Source: a virus. From it: 52,183 bases of DNA. The notes below the pieces were generated by a model. The model searched no databases. It was given only the letters and a program-made list of their open reading frames with translations, and had not been told where the DNA came from. The translations under genes were made by a program, and so were the position numbers. Location of the stretch: positions 1-52,183 of the IMG/VR virus record IMGVR_UViG_3300045988_175993, one strand, 5' to 3'. Positions 50,111 to 52,183 of this stretch are shown piece by piece; positions within the stretch are counted from its first letter, which is position 1, and each line of letters opens with the position of its first letter.

Positions 50111-51042
50111 TCAAGTACTCCTGTAGTCAGGAAGAGTTTCCCTCGAGATTTACGAATACCCTGCCATCCATGGCATTCTCCTCGTAAACTATCTTGAACA
50201 GTCTTTTCTCGCAGATCCCAAATATCAATGCCATACTTTGCAAGGATCTTTTCTGTAGACAAGCATTCCTCCAATTGTCTATCAGCATAGTATCCAAGAT
50301 ATCTGGACCCTTTGAAGAGCTTGCGAAAAAAGCAAAGATTAGACTCAATCACAATTTTAGGCTTGCTAAACCTGCTTGCTAAAGTATCAACCATCTTGTT
50401 ATATCTATCAAGATCATAATCTTTGTTCTCAATGGCTTCGTCATTACAAAGAAGATGTGCCATTCCTTCAACTACAGTTTGTCCGCAATTTTTCCAGTCA
50501 AGATGTGTAGGATCAGAATAGTATTCCGGCTGCATACCATACAAAGCATCAAAGAAGAGGTATGCTCCATGTGGACCAAAGAATCGCCAGTTCTTTGTAA
50601 TCTCTTTGTATGTTGTATCAAAACCCTGAGCAAGTAGAGGTTCAAGATACTCTGTCATGTTTCCATGAGATAGCTTGTAGATAGATCGTATAGCCGGAAT
50701 GACTTGATCATTATTCTTTAGATACTTCTTGTCTGGATTGAACCATAGTGTATCTTTTGAGGCTCTCCAAAAGGTTGAAATCGCTTTTGGTCTTACATCA
50801 CTAATAGCCGGAAATTCTTCAAGGAATCTCATAGTTGTAGTACAAGAATATGAAAGTCCATAAAGAACAGCTAACCACAAACAAGATTCAAGATCAAGGT
50901 CTCTTGCTTTTACATAAGGTCTCATGAGCTGATAGTCTTCCCCATCCATATATTTTGTAACCGGATCAGGAGTCATCAATTCAGAGAACACTTTTCTTCT
51001 CAGTTTTTTAGAATCCCCGGGGATTCCATAGTCATTTAGCAT
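50107..51042 (-). CDS. aGPT-Pplase-like (HhH-glycosylase-fold) protein, paralogue-like to 11687..12694; function tentative
   Basis: Start set at ATG 51042 (GGAGGAG RBS 6 nt upstream; the track start is a TTG inside the RBS). RFFGPHGAYLFFDALYGM aligns with YMGLGNFLAYQIFVDMTY of the other ORF. Confidence 0.4.
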   Translation of the reverse strand: MLNDYGIPGDSKKLRRKVFSELMTPDPVTKYMDGEDYQLMRPYVKARDLDLESCLWLAVLYGLSYSCTTTMRFLEEFPAISDVRPKAISTFWRASKDTLWFNPDKKYLKNNDQVIPAIRSIYKLSHGNMTEYLEPLLAQGFDTTYKEITKNWRFFGPHGAYLFFDALYGMQPEYYSDPTHLDWKNCGQTVVEGMAHLLCNDEAIENKDYDLDRYNKMVDTLASRFSKPKIVIESNLCFFRKLFKGSRYLGYYADRQLEECLSTEKILAKYGIDIWDLREKTVQDSLRGECHGWQGIRKSRGKLFLTTGVLE

Positions 51043-51058
51043 AGACATCTCCTCCAAA

Positions 51059-51079
51059 GGGGGAGAAAAGTTCTCCCCC
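51059..51079 (-). promoter_or_regulatory. GC hairpin abutting the RBS of the modification operon (attenuator/partial terminator candidate)
   Basis: gggggagaa-aag-ttctccccc. On the minus strand the hairpin is followed by TTTGGAGGAGATGTCTATG. Confidence 0.4.
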
Positions 51080-51128
51080 TCTATGCTTAAAATGGCAAAG
51101 GATTATTGCCAAATGGATAAGGATTTAT

Positions 51129-51806
51129 TCAATCATCATCCTCTTCCCAGTCATCTTCGTCGTCATCCTCGTCCTCATCTTTCTTGGACTTGGCTGACTT
51201 CTTATTGGTTGTCTTCTTCGAAGATTTGGGCTCAGGCTTCTTTGACTTCTTCACAGGGGGCTCATCCTCGTCTTCGTCTTCATCCTCATCATCGTCCTCG
51301 TCCTCATCGTCATCTTCAGGAGGTCTCTTTGACTTGGAAGAAGATGCCTTTGCAGGAGCCTTTGCAGTCTTCTTTACAGGCTTCTCTTCCTCATCGTCAT
51401 CTTCATCGTCTTCGTCGTCGTCTTCAGAATCATCAGGTGCTTTGATATAGGATGCGATCTTGGCACGCTTCTGACCATTGTATTCATCACGAATGACGTC
51501 AATGATGCAGATCTTTCCTTCCAGTTTGTTCAGATCAAGCTCGATCTTTCCGTTGGCTTTTACTCCAACAGCCTCAAGGAAGGACTTGAGCTTCCAAAGA
51601 GCCTTGTCATTGAGAGAGAAAGTCTCAAATACCTGACAGCCCTCACCATCTCCTTTGATGACCTCAAAGACAGCCTTGAAACAGTCGTCTCCACTTCCCT
51701 GAACAGTACCCAGCTCTATCTTCTTGAGCTTTGCAAGATGTTCTCCTTCAGGACATCTTCTGTAACTCTCCACACCAGTGAAGTCAACTTTGTACTTTTT
51801 TGCCAT
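51129..51806 (-). CDS. DUF669-type SSB-like protein with very long acidic/lysine-rich tail
   Basis: The N-domain of about 125 aa (MAKKYKVDFTGVESY...FEVIKGDGEG...ALWKLKSFLEAVG) fits DUF669, and the gene sits next to the Sak4-like ATPase. The tail ends DEDDWEEDDD, like an SSB tip. Confidence 0.65.
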   Translation of the reverse strand: MAKKYKVDFTGVESYRRCPEGEHLAKLKKIELGTVQGSGDDCFKAVFEVIKGDGEGCQVFETFSLNDKALWKLKSFLEAVGVKANGKIELDLNKLEGKICIIDVIRDEYNGQKRAKIASYIKAPDDSEDDDEDDEDDDEEEKPVKKTAKAPAKASSSKSKRPPEDDDEDEDDDEDEDEDEDEPPVKKSKKPEPKSSKKTTNKKSAKSKKDEDEDDDEDDWEEDDD

Positions 51807-51821
51807 TGTTTTGTATCCTCC

Positions 51822-52183
51822 TTAATTTGTTTCAACACTTATGATTTCCATGAATTTTTCATAAGTGGGGTTGATAATGCGAGCAGGGACTTTGATGCTT
51901 GGATCAATCTGAAGCTTTGTCCAATAGTAGGGATTAGGACCAATGTCAGCAGCATACTTCACGACTTCTTTAGTCGAATTGCCTTTTACAACTTCCTTTA
52001 CAATCTTTGTTGTATGGATACCATAATTTGCCATGCCTTCCAAATAAGTGCGAGCACCTTTTGAAACTGAAGGACGAACATCAGGAGATATCTCATCTTC
52101 CATACCCTCGATTGTATCTGTACTCTCATGACAAGTCAAGACAACTATGTGTTTTTTCGCAAGCTTATACATATCCTTGATGA
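51822..52183 (-). CDS. Sak4-like AAA_24 ATPase, C-terminal part (same gene as 1..492)
   Basis: Stop at 51822. The frame is open to the right edge, and bases 52065-52183 duplicate 1-119. Confidence 0.8.
   Translation of the reverse strand, partial: IKDMYKLAKKHIVVLTCHESTDTIEGMEDEISPDVRPSVSKGARTYLEGMANYGIHTTKIVKEVVKGNSTKEVVKYAADIGPNPYYWTKLQIDPSIKVPARIINPTYEKFMEIISVETN
52065..52183. repeat. Terminal overlap, identical to 1-119
   Basis: See the feature at 1-119. Confidence 0.95.

Overview
The window is a complete, circularly closed phage genome. Bases 1-119 are identical to 52065-52183, so the unit length is 52,064 bp. It looks like a tailed siphovirus-type phage of a Gram-positive, probably spore-forming Firmicutes host. 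Supporting this are AGGAGG-type RBSs, sigma-A-like promoters, RemA and SleB homologues, a Phage_holin_1 holin and an NlpC/P60-type lysin.

The genome has two divergent arms separated by a 1.2-kb repeat-dense intergenic region (17825-19025).
- Minus-strand early/replication arm: runs from 17824 leftwards through coordinate 1 and wraps round to 43139. It carries family-A DNA polymerase, P4/D5-type primase-helicase, SNF2 helicase, a Sak4-like ATPase + DUF669 SSB-like + Cas4-like nuclease recombination module, VRR-NUC, and tRNA-Gln.
- Plus-strand late arm (19026-42901): TerS, TerL, portal, MuF-like protein, scaffold, decoration protein, lambda-gpE-type capsid, tail, tape measure, fibres, lysin, holin, and then a terminator-bounded cassette of odd low-complexity proteins.

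No integrase, repressor, CRISPR array, reverse transcriptase or transposase was seen.

The most interesting content is a dispersed but extensive DNA-hypermodification gene set:
- a T4-gp42-like, apparently cytosine-specific hydroxymethylase, an SHMT and a Tmk-like kinase;
- a dCMP deaminase, and MazG and HD phosphohydrolases;
- two HAD phosphatases;
- a P-loop kinase and two paralogous glycosylase-fold 'aGPT-Pplase-like' proteins;
- an FkbM methyltransferase and a GT-A glycosyltransferase.

I do not know this combination from any characterised pathway. All functional calls come from motif recognition by eye; no searches were run.
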